Positions 17,613-27,159 of a stretch of DNA of 64,000 bases are shown one piece after another (position 1 is the first letter of the stretch; each line of letters starts with the position of its first letter). Origin of the DNA: Minisyncoccota bacterium. Lineage in GTDB: Bacteria > Patescibacteriota > Minisyncoccia > Phycocordibacterales > Phycocordibacteraceae. The position numbers were made by a program, and so were the translations under genes. The notes beneath the pieces are model-generated. The model did not search any database and was not told the DNA's origin. It worked only from the letters and a program-made list of their open reading frames with translations. The DNA lies in the NCBI GenBank assembly GCA_035627595.1, contig DASPLK010000001.1, forward strand, positions 69,619 to 133,618, given 5' to 3'.

Positions 17613-19001
17613 CTATGTCCTACCGCACAGTTTTGCCTTTTCCGTCATCTGCATATATAGAGAGTCTCCTCCCTCACCGCTTGTGCGGCTTTCAGTTTGT
17701 GAGCGTGCAAGGTCGCTCGCAGTCGGCATCGTATTAGCCATGAGTTGCTGGTACTCAGTTGAGACCTCCTCAAGTGCTGCGATCTGGTTGCCGCCTGCGG
17801 CATTATTTGCCGCAGCAAGCTTGGTGGTGAGAGAGTCGATGCCTGCAACCGCTGCGTCGGCGCGTGCAATCGCTGCGGCCGACTCGGTAAGTACAGCTTG
17901 AACTTCGGAGTCGTTGGTACAACTTGCCGCGGCCTGCGCTGCGCCCTGAATCTTCTGCCAATTAGACTTATGCGTCTCCACTTGGCCGCGCTGGTTGCGT
18001 AGGGTCTGCGTGAAGGTTGCGTTCGCCCCCTGCGCGTTTGTCTGGTCAGAACTTGATGCGCGATCAATGTATGAAGAGCCGCCGCCGGAACTAGGCTGCG
18101 TAAGTCCGCCAAGTCCGCTGCCGCCAAGAATGTTCGAAGTAAGCTGTGCAAGAAGTGCGCCGACGATCTCATTGAACTCATCAGCAAGACCGAGCTGGTC
18201 AAGCTGGGATCCGAGGGTCTTCTCGAGTTGGCCCTCAATGACGGCGCCCGGGGTCTGAATCTCTCCGCCCGCACACTCACTTTCTGCGCCAGAGAGATCT
18301 ACAGTTTCATCGCCTGCTGATGAACTGGTAGTACACTCACCGCGCCAGGAAAGGAATCCCCTACCCCATTCAAGCTCGGTGCGACGTTGATCCTCTGCAC
18401 TTGAGACACGGCTGCCAAGCTCATGCTGTGCTTCATGGAGCGCACCAATAGGATTGTTCTGTGGATTTCTCCATGCCTCAATCCAAGCGTCCCATCCGCC
18501 CTTAGAGAAATCACCCGCAAGAAATGCGTTCGGATCTTCTGACACCTCATTAAGAGTGAAGCGGTTTGTGTTGAAATAAGAGCCTGAGCCGGTCGAGCGG
18601 AAGTAATCATCACGCACTGCCTGCACAATATCGTCCCTGAATGGTGAATCTATCTCGTTCCGGTCGCGCAACTCCTCAAAGAAATCGTCGGCAACACGGT
18701 CCCCTACCCTAAGCAAGTTACGGTTGAGGTCAGTTACATATGCAGGAGAGCCGTCAAAGCCTGAATTGATCCAGTTAACAGTGCTCTTGGTGACGGATTG
18801 GAGCGCAGACCGTGCCATGGTCCACGCGATCGCATCGAGACCACCTTCCTTTAGCATGTCCCAGCCCTGAGATGCCGCTGTTATGGTGTTCTGGATGAGG
18901 TTTATCGGGTCTTGAACGATAAACTGCGCATGCGTCGTGCGCGGTACGCTCGTAAAGAGAAGCGCTGCTACAAGAAGAAGTGCAAGTGGTGTGCGGATCA
19001 T
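17613..19001 (-). CDS. secreted hypothetical protein (462 aa), T4SS-associated
   Basis: signal peptide MIRTPLALLLVAALLFTSVPRTTHAQ; Gly/Ser-rich linker; C-terminal A/Q-rich helical region; 4 nt from the VirB6-like gene. Confidence 0.55.
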   Translation of the reverse strand: MIRTPLALLLVAALLFTSVPRTTHAQFIVQDPINLIQNTITAASQGWDMLKEGGLDAIAWTMARSALQSVTKSTVNWINSGFDGSPAYVTDLNRNLLRVGDRVADDFFEELRDRNEIDSPFRDDIVQAVRDDYFRSTGSGSYFNTNRFTLNEVSEDPNAFLAGDFSKGGWDAWIEAWRNPQNNPIGALHEAQHELGSRVSSAEDQRRTELEWGRGFLSWRGECTTSSSAGDETVDLSGAESECAGGEIQTPGAVIEGQLEKTLGSQLDQLGLADEFNEIVGALLAQLTSNILGGSGLGGLTQPSSGGGSSYIDRASSSDQTNAQGANATFTQTLRNQRGQVETHKSNWQKIQGAAQAAASCTNDSEVQAVLTESAAAIARADAAVAGIDSLTTKLAAANNAAGGNQIAALEEVSTEYQQLMANTMPTASDLARSQTESRTSGEGGDSLYMQMTEKAKLCGRT

Positions 19002-20026
19002 AGGCTTGGTACGGCAGCCGCCGCATCTTTAGCGCCCTTTACGAAGAAGTATCCGGTCGCACCCTGACCGATAGAGATGCCGTTGCCAGAGAAAAGTGTA
19101 TTAAGTTCTGCATACGCGCGCACCATCTGATCTGCTGCGCTTTTGTACTCGCTCATACCGAGCATGCCACGAAGTGGATCATTTTCTACGCTTGTCATGT
19201 TCTCGACGACAGTGCCCATGTATGCGATTGCATTTACAAAATTGAGGTGTGCCGACTGCGCTTCGTTTGGTACAGATATTTGAATGAGTGCAGCTGCAAT
19301 ATTTGTGTACGCACGAGAAATAGCACGCACTTGATTCATCGCACCCTCGTCTCCCTTCTGAACTGCTTCGGTGAAGTAGAAAAGTTCATTCTGGTCAGTG
19401 TCGACCGTGTTTTGTGTAAATGCTTCTTCCGCAGCGATAGCATATGCGCGGAGTGCCTCCTGTCCTGAACCTGAGACACGCACGCTTCCAAGTGAGTATG
19501 CCTTTACTGCTCGCTGCTTCGCGGCAAGGTCTGCGAGCGCATCCTGCATGAACGCATCTATCTCCTCTGCGGTCGGCGGGACGCCGCTTCGTGAGTTCAT
19601 GTAGTTTGTGAACAGGTCACGCGCAAATGCTCCGGTAACGGTATTGGCATCTGCATCAACGCCAGGGACGGTCACTTCGCCAGCAAGACCTGAAAGGTCG
19701 GTGCGGAACTTCGGCTCAAGGAGCCCTTGAGAGGAAGCTTCCCCATCGGTCATCTCAAGGCTGAACGAGTGCGCGTTATCAGGATCGGTTCCGTACAGTG
19801 ATTCCTGCCAATCCGGCAAGCCATCACTATCTGTGTCGCGCGAAGAGAACGCACGGAGAAGTTCCTCGGTTGACTCAGCGCCTGCGAGCTTTGAGGAAAA
19901 AATGGAAGGGCCCGAGAGCGCGTACGCGAGCGTCATCAATGCTCCCGTTATCACGAGCGAGCCGATGATGCGCAGGGTCCGCGTAGAAAGTGGAAGAGTA
20001 GGCACTATATATATGGTATCACGCAC
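18998..20026 (-). CDS. bitopic membrane protein (N-in TM plus about 290 aa ectodomain), possible VirB8-like component
   Basis: TM LRIIGSLVITGALMTLAYAL; the start at 20026 is GTG and the exact start is unsure; overlaps the next gene by ATGA. Confidence 0.45.
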   Translation of the reverse strand: MRDTIYIVPTLPLSTRTLRIIGSLVITGALMTLAYALSGPSIFSSKLAGAESTEELLRAFSSRDTDSDGLPDWQESLYGTDPDNAHSFSLEMTDGEASSQGLLEPKFRTDLSGLAGEVTVPGVDADANTVTGAFARDLFTNYMNSRSGVPPTAEEIDAFMQDALADLAAKQRAVKAYSLGSVRVSGSGQEALRAYAIAAEEAFTQNTVDTDQNELFYFTEAVQKGDEGAMNQVRAISRAYTNIAAALIQISVPNEAQSAHLNFVNAIAYMGTVVENMTSVENDPLRGMLGMSEYKSAADQMVRAYAELNTLFSGNGISIGQGATGYFFVKGAKDAAAAVPSL

Positions 20027-20062
20027 AAGTTGTGCGCTTCACTACTTGTACATGTGTATTAC

Positions 20063-20848
20063 TCAATCCTTGAGCGACTCCGCAAGTGCGGTCCATCCAG
20101 CAAGCGGTACATCTTCTGGACGGATATCCTCGTGAAGCAGGGCTGCGGCAAAGGCTTCCTGAATATCCCCTTTCTCCGCGACTGCCTCGAGGTTCTTCAT
20201 AAGCCGCTTCCTTTTATGTGCGAATCCAGCGCGGAGAATAGCAAAAAAGCGTGCTTCCTGGTTGGGGCTTTGAAACGTCGCAGTGATATCTCGTACCGAA
20301 AGTACGGCAGAATCTACCTTTGGTGCAGGCACAAAGGCGCCTTTCGGGACGGTGAACTCATACTTAGGCGTGCCATATGCCTTCACGGATAGAGATAAAA
20401 GGCTCTCTTTCTCGCTTCTCGCGACCCGCTCGGCAACCTCCTTCTGAACGAGGAGTGTCATGGATGAGGGTTTATGGGTGGTTGTTAAGAACTGGCGGAC
20501 GATCTCACCAGTGATGTAGTACGGGATATTGGCGACCAGTAGATAGGGGCCGTCTATAGTACTTGGGTCAAACTTCCGTACGTCTATATGTATAAGGACC
20601 AGCTTTCCGCTAGCTATCTCTTCCGCAAAGGTAGCTTCTAACCGCGGGATGAGTTCAGCATCGGTCTCAACCGCATATACCTTCCCTGCCTTTGCTAGGA
20701 GCTCACGTGTCAGTACGCCAGTGCCTGGTCCGATCTCGAGCACGGTATCTCTTTCAGTTACATTTGCCGCAAGCACAATACGCTCACTCGTCTGGCGGTG
20801 CATTAGAAAATGTTGACCGAGCCCTTTCTTTGCAGAGAGATGCATCAT
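20063..20848 (-). CDS. rsmA: 16S rRNA (adenine1518/1519-N6)-dimethyltransferase RsmA/KsgA
   Basis: GQHFL motif, SAM-binding EIGPGTGVLT, NIPY motif. Confidence 0.85.
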   Translation of the reverse strand: MMHLSAKKGLGQHFLMHRQTSERIVLAANVTERDTVLEIGPGTGVLTRELLAKAGKVYAVETDAELIPRLEATFAEEIASGKLVLIHIDVRKFDPSTIDGPYLLVANIPYYITGEIVRQFLTTTHKPSSMTLLVQKEVAERVARSEKESLLSLSVKAYGTPKYEFTVPKGAFVPAPKVDSAVLSVRDITATFQSPNQEARFFAILRAGFAHKRKRLMKNLEAVAEKGDIQEAFAAALLHEDIRPEDVPLAGWTALAESLKD

Positions 20849-22761
20849 GCCTCTATGATAAAGCCATCATCATCACCGTATGCATTGGTATGTTCCATAA
20901 GGGACGCATCTATGTCATGGAGGAATTGCGATGGCTCTTGCAGATAATCAGTGCCGTAGATGCGACGTACGCGTGCCATGGAGAGTATGAGGCACTTACG
21001 TGCGCGTGTAACCGCAACGTAGAACAGTCGGCGCTCCTCTTCCTCGTCTCGATCTTCATCCCCGCCCATACCCTCGTGTGGAAAGAGTCCTTCCTCAAGT
21101 CCTGCAACGAATACGATATCGAACTCAAGGCCCTTGGCAGCGTGCACCGTCATTAATGTAACGCCCGACTTACCTGGCCGATCCATCTCGTCCTGATCTC
21201 CCGCGAGCGCAGCATCTGCAAGAAACGCGGCAATACCCTCTTCGCCAGTTAGGTAGTCGTAACGTGCCGCGAGCGTCGCAAGTTCTTTTGCATTCTCAAG
21301 CCGCTCCTTGTCCTCCTCGCTCCCCTTCGCAAGCGTATCCTCGATGCCGCTTCTTTGAATGACTGTTCGCACAAATACGGAGGGCGTCGCGCCTGGAAGA
21401 AACGCGTTCAATCCGTATACGATTTCCTCGAACGCCTCAACTTTCGTTTTCTCCCCAGCTCGTAGTTCGGAGCGCTTTCCGGCCGTAAGCTTGCCCAGTG
21501 TTACTTTGCCAATGCCACGCGAGGGAAACTGCACGGCACGCATGCGGTCTGCTTCACGTGCAGGATCGAGCGCGAGCCTAACCCAGCTCAGCACATCCTT
21601 CACCTCCTTACGATCAAAGAAGCGCGTACCTAGGAGGCGGTATGGTACCTGTTCATGTAGGAATGCTTCTTCGATTGCGCGCGACTGGAAGTTTGTGCGG
21701 AATAGCACCGCGACCTCTTCAGGTGCGACACCAGCGCGTATGCGGCGCTTCGTTTCTTTTGCAATCCACAGTGCTTCGCGCTCCGAGGTATCTGCCATGT
21801 GGAGCATGATGCGATCACCATAATCGTTGCCGGTTACAGATACCTTCTCCTTGCGGTTGCGGTTCTTCTCTATGATCTGATTTGCTGCTTCAACAATTGT
21901 TTTGGTTGAGCGGTAGTTGTGCTCGAGAATAATTGTCTTCGCATTTGGGTATGCGTGATCAAACGAGAGAAGGTTGTCGATAGTCGCACCGCGCCATGTG
22001 TAGATAGTCTGGTCGATATCACCTACGACAAACAGATTCTTTCGCTCACCGCACAAAAGTGCCGCAAGTCTTCCCTGCAGTTCGTTCGTGTCCTGAAACT
22101 CATCGATATGTATGAAATGGAATCGCTCTTGCACCTCTTTGCGCACATCTGCATGCTCTTCTAAGAGTCGCACAGGCAAGCAGATGAGATCATCAAAATC
22201 GAGTGCTTTCTCCTTCTTCAGAGTGCTCTCGTATCTGGCCCATGCTTCCGCAGCGATACGACTCTTGAAACTCTCTCGAGAATGCTTCTCGCGGAACGAT
22301 GAGAGCGTGTACCCTTCGCTTTTCGCTTTAGAGATGCGGCTTAGGATGGAACGCGGCGGCACTTCCTTTGGATCCACATCAAGTGCCTTCAAGGCTTCCT
22401 TTATCGCACGCTCCGAATCATCGCGGTCGAAGATGGTGAAATAACGAGGCACATCCAAGGGGCGACCGTACTTCTCAAGGATCTCGCGGCCAAGCCCGTG
22501 AAAAGTGGCGACAAATGGAAGAGATGCACCTTCAAGTCTATGGGAGAGGCGCTCTTTCATCTCGCGAGCGGCCTTATTAGTGAAAGTAACCGCAAGGATG
22601 TTTTCCGGAAGCACGCCCTCACGGATAAGATGGTAGATGCGAGTGGTCAGCACCTTTGTTTTGCCAGATCCAGCGCCGGCGAGCACGGAAACCGGGCCGT
22701 GGGTAGCGAGGACAGCTTCCTTCTGTCGATCGTTCAATCCTTCGAGGTACGTCACCAGCAC
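20845..22761 (-). CDS. pcrA: ATP-dependent DNA helicase UvrD/PcrA family
   Basis: LAGAGSGKTKVLTTRI Walker A, DEFQDTN, YRST, VTLMTVHAAKGLEF motifs. Confidence 0.9.
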   Translation of the reverse strand: MLVTYLEGLNDRQKEAVLATHGPVSVLAGAGSGKTKVLTTRIYHLIREGVLPENILAVTFTNKAAREMKERLSHRLEGASLPFVATFHGLGREILEKYGRPLDVPRYFTIFDRDDSERAIKEALKALDVDPKEVPPRSILSRISKAKSEGYTLSSFREKHSRESFKSRIAAEAWARYESTLKKEKALDFDDLICLPVRLLEEHADVRKEVQERFHFIHIDEFQDTNELQGRLAALLCGERKNLFVVGDIDQTIYTWRGATIDNLLSFDHAYPNAKTIILEHNYRSTKTIVEAANQIIEKNRNRKEKVSVTGNDYGDRIMLHMADTSEREALWIAKETKRRIRAGVAPEEVAVLFRTNFQSRAIEEAFLHEQVPYRLLGTRFFDRKEVKDVLSWVRLALDPAREADRMRAVQFPSRGIGKVTLGKLTAGKRSELRAGEKTKVEAFEEIVYGLNAFLPGATPSVFVRTVIQRSGIEDTLAKGSEEDKERLENAKELATLAARYDYLTGEEGIAAFLADAALAGDQDEMDRPGKSGVTLMTVHAAKGLEFDIVFVAGLEEGLFPHEGMGGDEDRDEEEERRLFYVAVTRARKCLILSMARVRRIYGTDYLQEPSQFLHDIDASLMEHTNAYGDDDGFIIEA

Positions 22762-22885
22762 ACTATACTCGCTGACCCCGTTATCCCCCTAGTTTTGATA
22801 CTGGCATCCCTTCACATATCCCCGAAAGTGGGTCGTAGCTCGTTTTCAACATCTCTTCATACAAACCGTTGACCCGACACTTGAG

Positions 22886-22915
22886 CACGGTATACTTCCC
22901 TAGTCGTCTGATACG
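22886..22915 (+). promoter_or_regulatory. candidate sigma70-like promoter TTGACC-16 bp-TATACT
   Basis: hexamers in the divergent uvrD/M23 intergenic region; followed by a short hairpin AATGGCTTA-gg-TAAGCCATT plus TTTTG at 22925-22952. Confidence 0.3.
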
Positions 22916-23023
22916 GTTGATTGAAAGAATGGCTTAGGTAAGCCATTTTGTATTCTGAAGAAACGCTGAAGTGCCTACTCCCGACTTATAACGTCTTTCA
23001 ATAAAACTTCCGATTCCACCCTT

Positions 23024-24064
23024 GTGCGCAGTAATCGGAACGCATACTGGGCCCTGAGCCTCGTTGCTGTAGTTACTACCGCAACCGGCGTCATTTACCT
23101 CTCGCTTGCGCCTACGGCCGGCGCGTTCTGGCCTTTCTCTGTAAGCCGCGCTGCTGGCGATACCGCTATGATCCACAACCCGGGACAGGTGGAGCTTCTT
23201 TCCTCTACCCTCTCGAATGCCCAGGGCGGCGCAGATATTGCCGTTTCCGGTGGTTCGGCCCTTATGGCCAATACCGGACCTGGCGGAAGCGTCTCCTATG
23301 TTGAGAGTCGTCCGGCAAAGGGCGCAATTACTACCTATGCTGTTAAGGAGGGCGATTCCCTCTCTGAGATTGCCTCATCCCACGGCGTATCTACCAATAC
23401 TGTCCTTTGGGCCAACGATATCAGTGACGCCTCCCTCATAAAGCCGGGCATGGAGCTTATTATCCTTCCGGTTTCAGGTATTCAGTACAAGGTGAAGTCA
23501 GGCGATACTTTGGGCAGCATCGCCAAGAAGTACTCGGGCGAGGCTGGCGATATCGCCTCCTATAACGGCCTTTCAGTAGGCGCTGCCCTTACCGAGGGCA
23601 CGGTACTCATCATTCCGGGCGGTGAGCTTGCGGAGGCACCTGCTAAGAAGGCTGCTGTGTCCTCTTCATCCTCAAAGAAAGCATCTCCAAAGGCAGCACG
23701 CGCCCTTCCAGCTCTCTCCGGCTACTTTGGTAATCCGCTCCCCGGCGGAAAGCTCTCCCAGGGCATCCATGGCTATAACGGTGTTGATATCGCAGCCCCG
23801 TCCGGTACACCGATATACGCAGCAGCAGCAGGCTCTGTTATTGTCGCGAAGAACGGTGGATACAATGGCGGCTACGGCAGCTATGTGGTCATCAGTCACG
23901 GCAACGGTACCCAGACCCTGTATGCGCACATGTCCTCAGTTGCTGCAGGCGGAGGTGCTGTCGAGAAGGGCGCCCTGATTGGTTATGTGGGTAACACAGG
24001 TAAATCAACCGGTAACCATCTCCACTTCGAGGTCCGCGGCGCAAAGAACCCGTACGCAAACTAA
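23024..24064 (+). CDS. LysM-domain (x2) M23-family peptidoglycan endopeptidase
   Basis: two LysM repeats (YAVKEGDSLSEIASSHGVS..., YKVKSGDTLGSIAKKY...), M23 motif HMSSV...GNTGKSTGNHLHFEV; GTG start at 23024 with N-terminal TM anchor. Confidence 0.85.
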   Translation: MRSNRNAYWALSLVAVVTTATGVIYLSLAPTAGAFWPFSVSRAAGDTAMIHNPGQVELLSSTLSNAQGGADIAVSGGSALMANTGPGGSVSYVESRPAKGAITTYAVKEGDSLSEIASSHGVSTNTVLWANDISDASLIKPGMELIILPVSGIQYKVKSGDTLGSIAKKYSGEAGDIASYNGLSVGAALTEGTVLIIPGGELAEAPAKKAAVSSSSSKKASPKAARALPALSGYFGNPLPGGKLSQGIHGYNGVDIAAPSGTPIYAAAAGSVIVAKNGGYNGGYGSYVVISHGNGTQTLYAHMSSVAAGGGAVEKGALIGYVGNTGKSTGNHLHFEVRGAKNPYAN

Positions 24065-24091
24065 AAACGCCTCCTTAAAGGAGGCGTTTTT
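24064..24091. terminator. bidirectional terminator AAAAACGCCTCC-ttaa-AGGAGGCGTTTTT
   Basis: perfect 12 bp palindrome flanked by A5/T5. Confidence 0.65.
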
Positions 24092-24189
24092 AGTTCCTCA
24101 TTACCGGTTCAGGTAAAGAGAGTATGATATGAACGGAGCAGGGACCGCCACTTCTGGCGGTCCCTGCGTTTTTCACATGAGATAGCTAG

Positions 24190-24540
24190 TTACACCATGT
24201 GCGCCTTGCAGGTTTTTGCTGCAGGGTCCGCATTCAAACGGTCCTCCTCGATCTCCTCTCCTCCTACTGTACAGGTGCCATACGTGTCGTCCTCGACGCG
24301 CTTTAGTGCTGCAAGGACATCGTTATAGCGGTTTTCTAGGTCGGCAAGGATGGCTGCGTTCTCACTGTATCCTTCCATCTGGTCTGCAGCATCATTTGGG
24401 TCTGCGGCATGCTCGCCTTCCGGTGGGACTGCTTCCCAGTCAGCTGGGTTACTTGGGTTCCTGCGGCCGAGCGTTTGAAGCTCAGCCTCAAGCCTCTCCT
24501 TCTCTTCGGTGAGGCGGGTCGAAAATGCGGTGGTATCCAT
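24190..24540 (-). CDS. DksA/TraR-family protein (degenerate zinc finger)
   Basis: N-terminal coiled coil, C-terminus CTVGGEEIEEDRLNADPAAKTCKAH fits the DksA CxxC-(17)-CxxC spacing with only 2 Cys plus His; ATG verified at 24540. Confidence 0.55.
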   Translation of the reverse strand: MDTTAFSTRLTEEKERLEAELQTLGRRNPSNPADWEAVPPEGEHAADPNDAADQMEGYSENAAILADLENRYNDVLAALKRVEDDTYGTCTVGGEEIEEDRLNADPAAKTCKAHMV

Positions 24541-24574
24541 GAGCGGAACTGTACCACACAGAGACGCTTCCCTT

Positions 24575-26140
24575 CTACTGTCCGCTCGTGTTGAGGCGCG
24601 ATACCAGTTCGAGGAACGCCGCTTCGTCACGGGCAATAATTAGCGTTTCCTTATCCTTGTATCCGTAAAGCATGAGGCTCCTGCCATCTGCATCTCTCAA
24701 AATGCGTACGTCGTAGTTGCGGACGACTGCATCAGCGAACGAGGCAGGTGCTCTACGTACTGGCGGCGGTTCGACAGCTGTGGTGGTCGTCGCGGTCGTA
24801 GTCTCAATTGGCGCCTCAACCGGCGCATTTGGGTATGACGGATACAGAAGTGAGAGTGACGAGCGCATTCCAGGCTCCCAGGCGAGCATGCCAGCGAACG
24901 TACGCTCGAACGAAGAAACCTTAAGTATAAAGAACGGGCGCGTTTCCGCTCCTGCGTGAATGACACCTACCGTGCTCTCTGGGCGTATGTTACGCATGAG
25001 AATATCAGGCGCGTTGAGTGCGAGCGCTTTCACGAGTGCACCTCCCGGCTGCGGCAGTTCAATTGGCAAACCCTTTGTGGTTGAGGACGCGGAGGTGGTG
25101 TAAGTGACGAGTACATTGCCCGATACGAGCGGCTCCTCAGCAACAGAACGAAGCGCAAGTATAAGCTCCGTGCCAGTTACCCCCTCAAGCTTTACGGTCT
25201 CATCCGCCTCGATCAGAGACGGCACACCCTGAGTCACAACAACCGCTTCTGGGCGTGTGAGGTAGTAGAAGACGCCGAAAGAAAGCGTACCAACACCAGC
25301 AACCACAAACAGCACAGCGATTATTGCCGTCGGCTTCACCTGACGTCGATATGTTTTGGTGCTGCGAACGACTGAGCGCGGCTGCGCATCAGCTTGTGCC
25401 GCAAGTACGGAGAACGTGGATGCCCCCTTGCTATCAATGCGATCTGCAAAGTCTGTCGTATAGCTATGAAACGGCTCTGCCTTCTTTGGAGCTGGTGGTG
25501 GAGGCGGTGGCGGAGGCGGTGGCGGTGGCGGGGCGGGCTCAAATACAGGCGTGACAGCTGGAGCCTGCTCGCGTTCCTGTGCCCGCGTTTTCAAGCGTGC
25601 AAGTATTGATTCGCGTGTGGCGTCGGCAGCAGGTGCCATAGACATCGTGGAGATCGGTGCTGGTGTCGGCTTGGCTGCCGGGGGCATCGATACAGGCGCT
25701 GTACCCTGCTCTCGCATCATCGCCTGTTGCTTTAAGCGTGCAAGTATTGATTCGCGTGTGGCGTCGGCAGCAGGTGCCATAGACATCGTCGAGACAGATG
25801 CTGGCACGGGTACAGACGCCGGTACTGGTCCTTGCTTTTCTTGTTCGAATACAGAGACCGAGCCCATGCTCTGGTCGTCAGAGAGATCGAGCGGCTCGTC
25901 GCCGGTCTTTATGAGACGGTCCTGAGTTATGAGTGACTCGTCGACTTCTGGAAGAGTGACACCGTCAGTAGTCTGCGCTGCAGGTGTCATCGACATCGTC
26001 GAGACCGGCGCAGATGATACTGCTGGTTGAGCCGGTTGAGTACCCTGCGCTTGTGAAAGCGCAGCCATATCTTTCGCATACGTACGCATGTACTTCGATG
26101 CGTCTATGGTCTCTTCAGGCTGATCCGGTGGTGTACTCAT
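24575..26140 (-). CDS. repeat-containing single-pass membrane protein (anti-sigma-like topology), hypothetical
   Basis: cytoplasmic N-region with tandem peptide repeats STMSMAPAADATRESILARLK, P13 tract, central TM TAIIAVLFVVAGVGTLSFGVFYYL, about 250 aa ectodomain. Confidence 0.55.
   Translation of the reverse strand: MSTPPDQPEETIDASKYMRTYAKDMAALSQAQGTQPAQPAVSSAPVSTMSMTPAAQTTDGVTLPEVDESLITQDRLIKTGDEPLDLSDDQSMGSVSVFEQEKQGPVPASVPVPASVSTMSMAPAADATRESILARLKQQAMMREQGTAPVSMPPAAKPTPAPISTMSMAPAADATRESILARLKTRAQEREQAPAVTPVFEPAPPPPPPPPPPPPPAPKKAEPFHSYTTDFADRIDSKGASTFSVLAAQADAQPRSVVRSTKTYRRQVKPTAIIAVLFVVAGVGTLSFGVFYYLTRPEAVVVTQGVPSLIEADETVKLEGVTGTELILALRSVAEEPLVSGNVLVTYTTSASSTTKGLPIELPQPGGALVKALALNAPDILMRNIRPESTVGVIHAGAETRPFFILKVSSFERTFAGMLAWEPGMRSSLSLLYPSYPNAPVEAPIETTTATTTTAVEPPPVRRAPASFADAVVRNYDVRILRDADGRSLMLYGYKDKETLIIARDEAAFLELVSRLNTSGQ
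25593..25791. repeat. intragenic direct repeat, two about 58 bp copies about 140 bp apart (plus a degenerate third copy near 25975-26010)
   Basis: AAGCGTGCAAGTATTGATTCGCGTGTGGCGTCGGCAGCAGGTGCCATAGACATCGT present at about 25593-25651 and about 25733-25791. Confidence 0.6.
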
Positions 26141-26209
26141 GCAATATGCAATCCGTGTATACGGATTATACCTGCTCTAGGCAGATGAACGGTGCGTTGA
26201 CCTTAACTT

Positions 26210-26725
26210 CTATCCGCGACCACCGATGAGGTATCGCTTCGGATCCTCGCACATGTCCGTGAAAGCATGTGCGGCCTCCTTCAATTTCTGAGAAGATGAG
26301 CGGCCGAACGAAATTACCTCAACCTGACAACCTTCGTTCATATCGAGGTACTCAATTAGAGGCACGAAGTCACCGTCACCGGTTGCAAGGATAACGGTGT
26401 CCAGTTTTGGTGCGAGCTTCACTGCGTCGATCGCAAGACCGACATCCCAGTCAGCTTTCTTTGCGCCATCAGAAAATACCTGAAGGCCCTTAACCTTGGT
26501 CTCGATGCCAATCTTGGTGAGGGCGTCGAAAAAGTTCGACTCTTCCCCGCTCTCGGTCGAGATGACGTAGGCGATGGCGCGCACGAGAGTGCGGCCCCCT
26601 ACGGCCTCGTTGAGGACGTTGGCGAAGTTAACGCGCGTCTTATAAAGATGCTTGGCGCTGTGGTAGAGGTTCTGAGTGTCTATGAAAACCCCAACACGCT
26701 GCGCCGGGTGCTTGATTACCGGCAT
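26210..26725 (-). CDS. NYN/LabA-like domain protein
   Basis: VGVFIDTQNLYHSAK...VRAIAYV...ATGDGDFVPLIEYL, NYN nuclease-fold signature. Confidence 0.7.
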   Translation of the reverse strand: MPVIKHPAQRVGVFIDTQNLYHSAKHLYKTRVNFANVLNEAVGGRTLVRAIAYVISTESGEESNFFDALTKIGIETKVKGLQVFSDGAKKADWDVGLAIDAVKLAPKLDTVILATGDGDFVPLIEYLDMNEGCQVEVISFGRSSSQKLKEAAHAFTDMCEDPKRYLIGGRG

Positions 26726-26805
26726 ATGGGTGTGATGAATGTGTATTAAAACTGTGCGAGAGGCGCACGTATATATGGTAGCACCTGCTTACTGAGGAAA
26801 AGGCG

Positions 26806-26830
26806 AAAAGCAGCTCATGGCTGCTTTTCG
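26806..26830 (-). terminator. rpsO terminator GAAAAGCAGC-tcatg-GCTGCTTTTC
   Basis: 10 bp inverted repeat immediately 3' of the rpsO stop, T-rich on both sides. Confidence 0.6.
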
Positions 26831-26831
26831 A

Positions 26832-27098
26832 TTACTTCTTGAGACCGGTCTTCTTCAAAACCGCGTTGTAGCGGCGCTTGTCGTTCCTCTCGAGGTAACG
26901 AAGATGCGCCCTACGATCTGCGACCATCTGGAGAAGGCCGCGACGTGAGTGGAAATCCTTAGGATTCTTCTTGAGGTGTTTGGTAAGATCCTCAATCTGA
27001 CGGCTAAGGACAGCCACCTGCACCTCGGCAGAGCCGTTATCGGTCTCATGACGTGCCGCGTTCTTAATAACGGCTGTCTTCACTCGTTTCGTAAGCAT
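26832..27098 (-). CDS. rpsO: 30S ribosomal protein S15
   Basis: 88 aa; LSRQIEDLTKHLKKNPKDFHSRRGLLQMVADRRAHLRYL, S15 signature. Confidence 0.9.
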   Translation of the reverse strand: MLTKRVKTAVIKNAARHETDNGSAEVQVAVLSRQIEDLTKHLKKNPKDFHSRRGLLQMVADRRAHLRYLERNDKRRYNAVLKKTGLKK

Positions 27099-27159
27099 TG
27101 ACGTAACCTTACCACACCTTGATTAAAAGCGCAAGTGTGTTCCCGTAGGAGCCGCCGCC

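Noticed and set aside
22925-22952. Hairpin AATGGCTTA-gg-TAAGCCATT plus TTTTG in the M23 gene leader as a riboswitch or attenuator.
   Set aside because: It is too close to the putative promoter to leave room for an aptamer, and the promoter call itself is weak. I noted it only inside the promoter feature.
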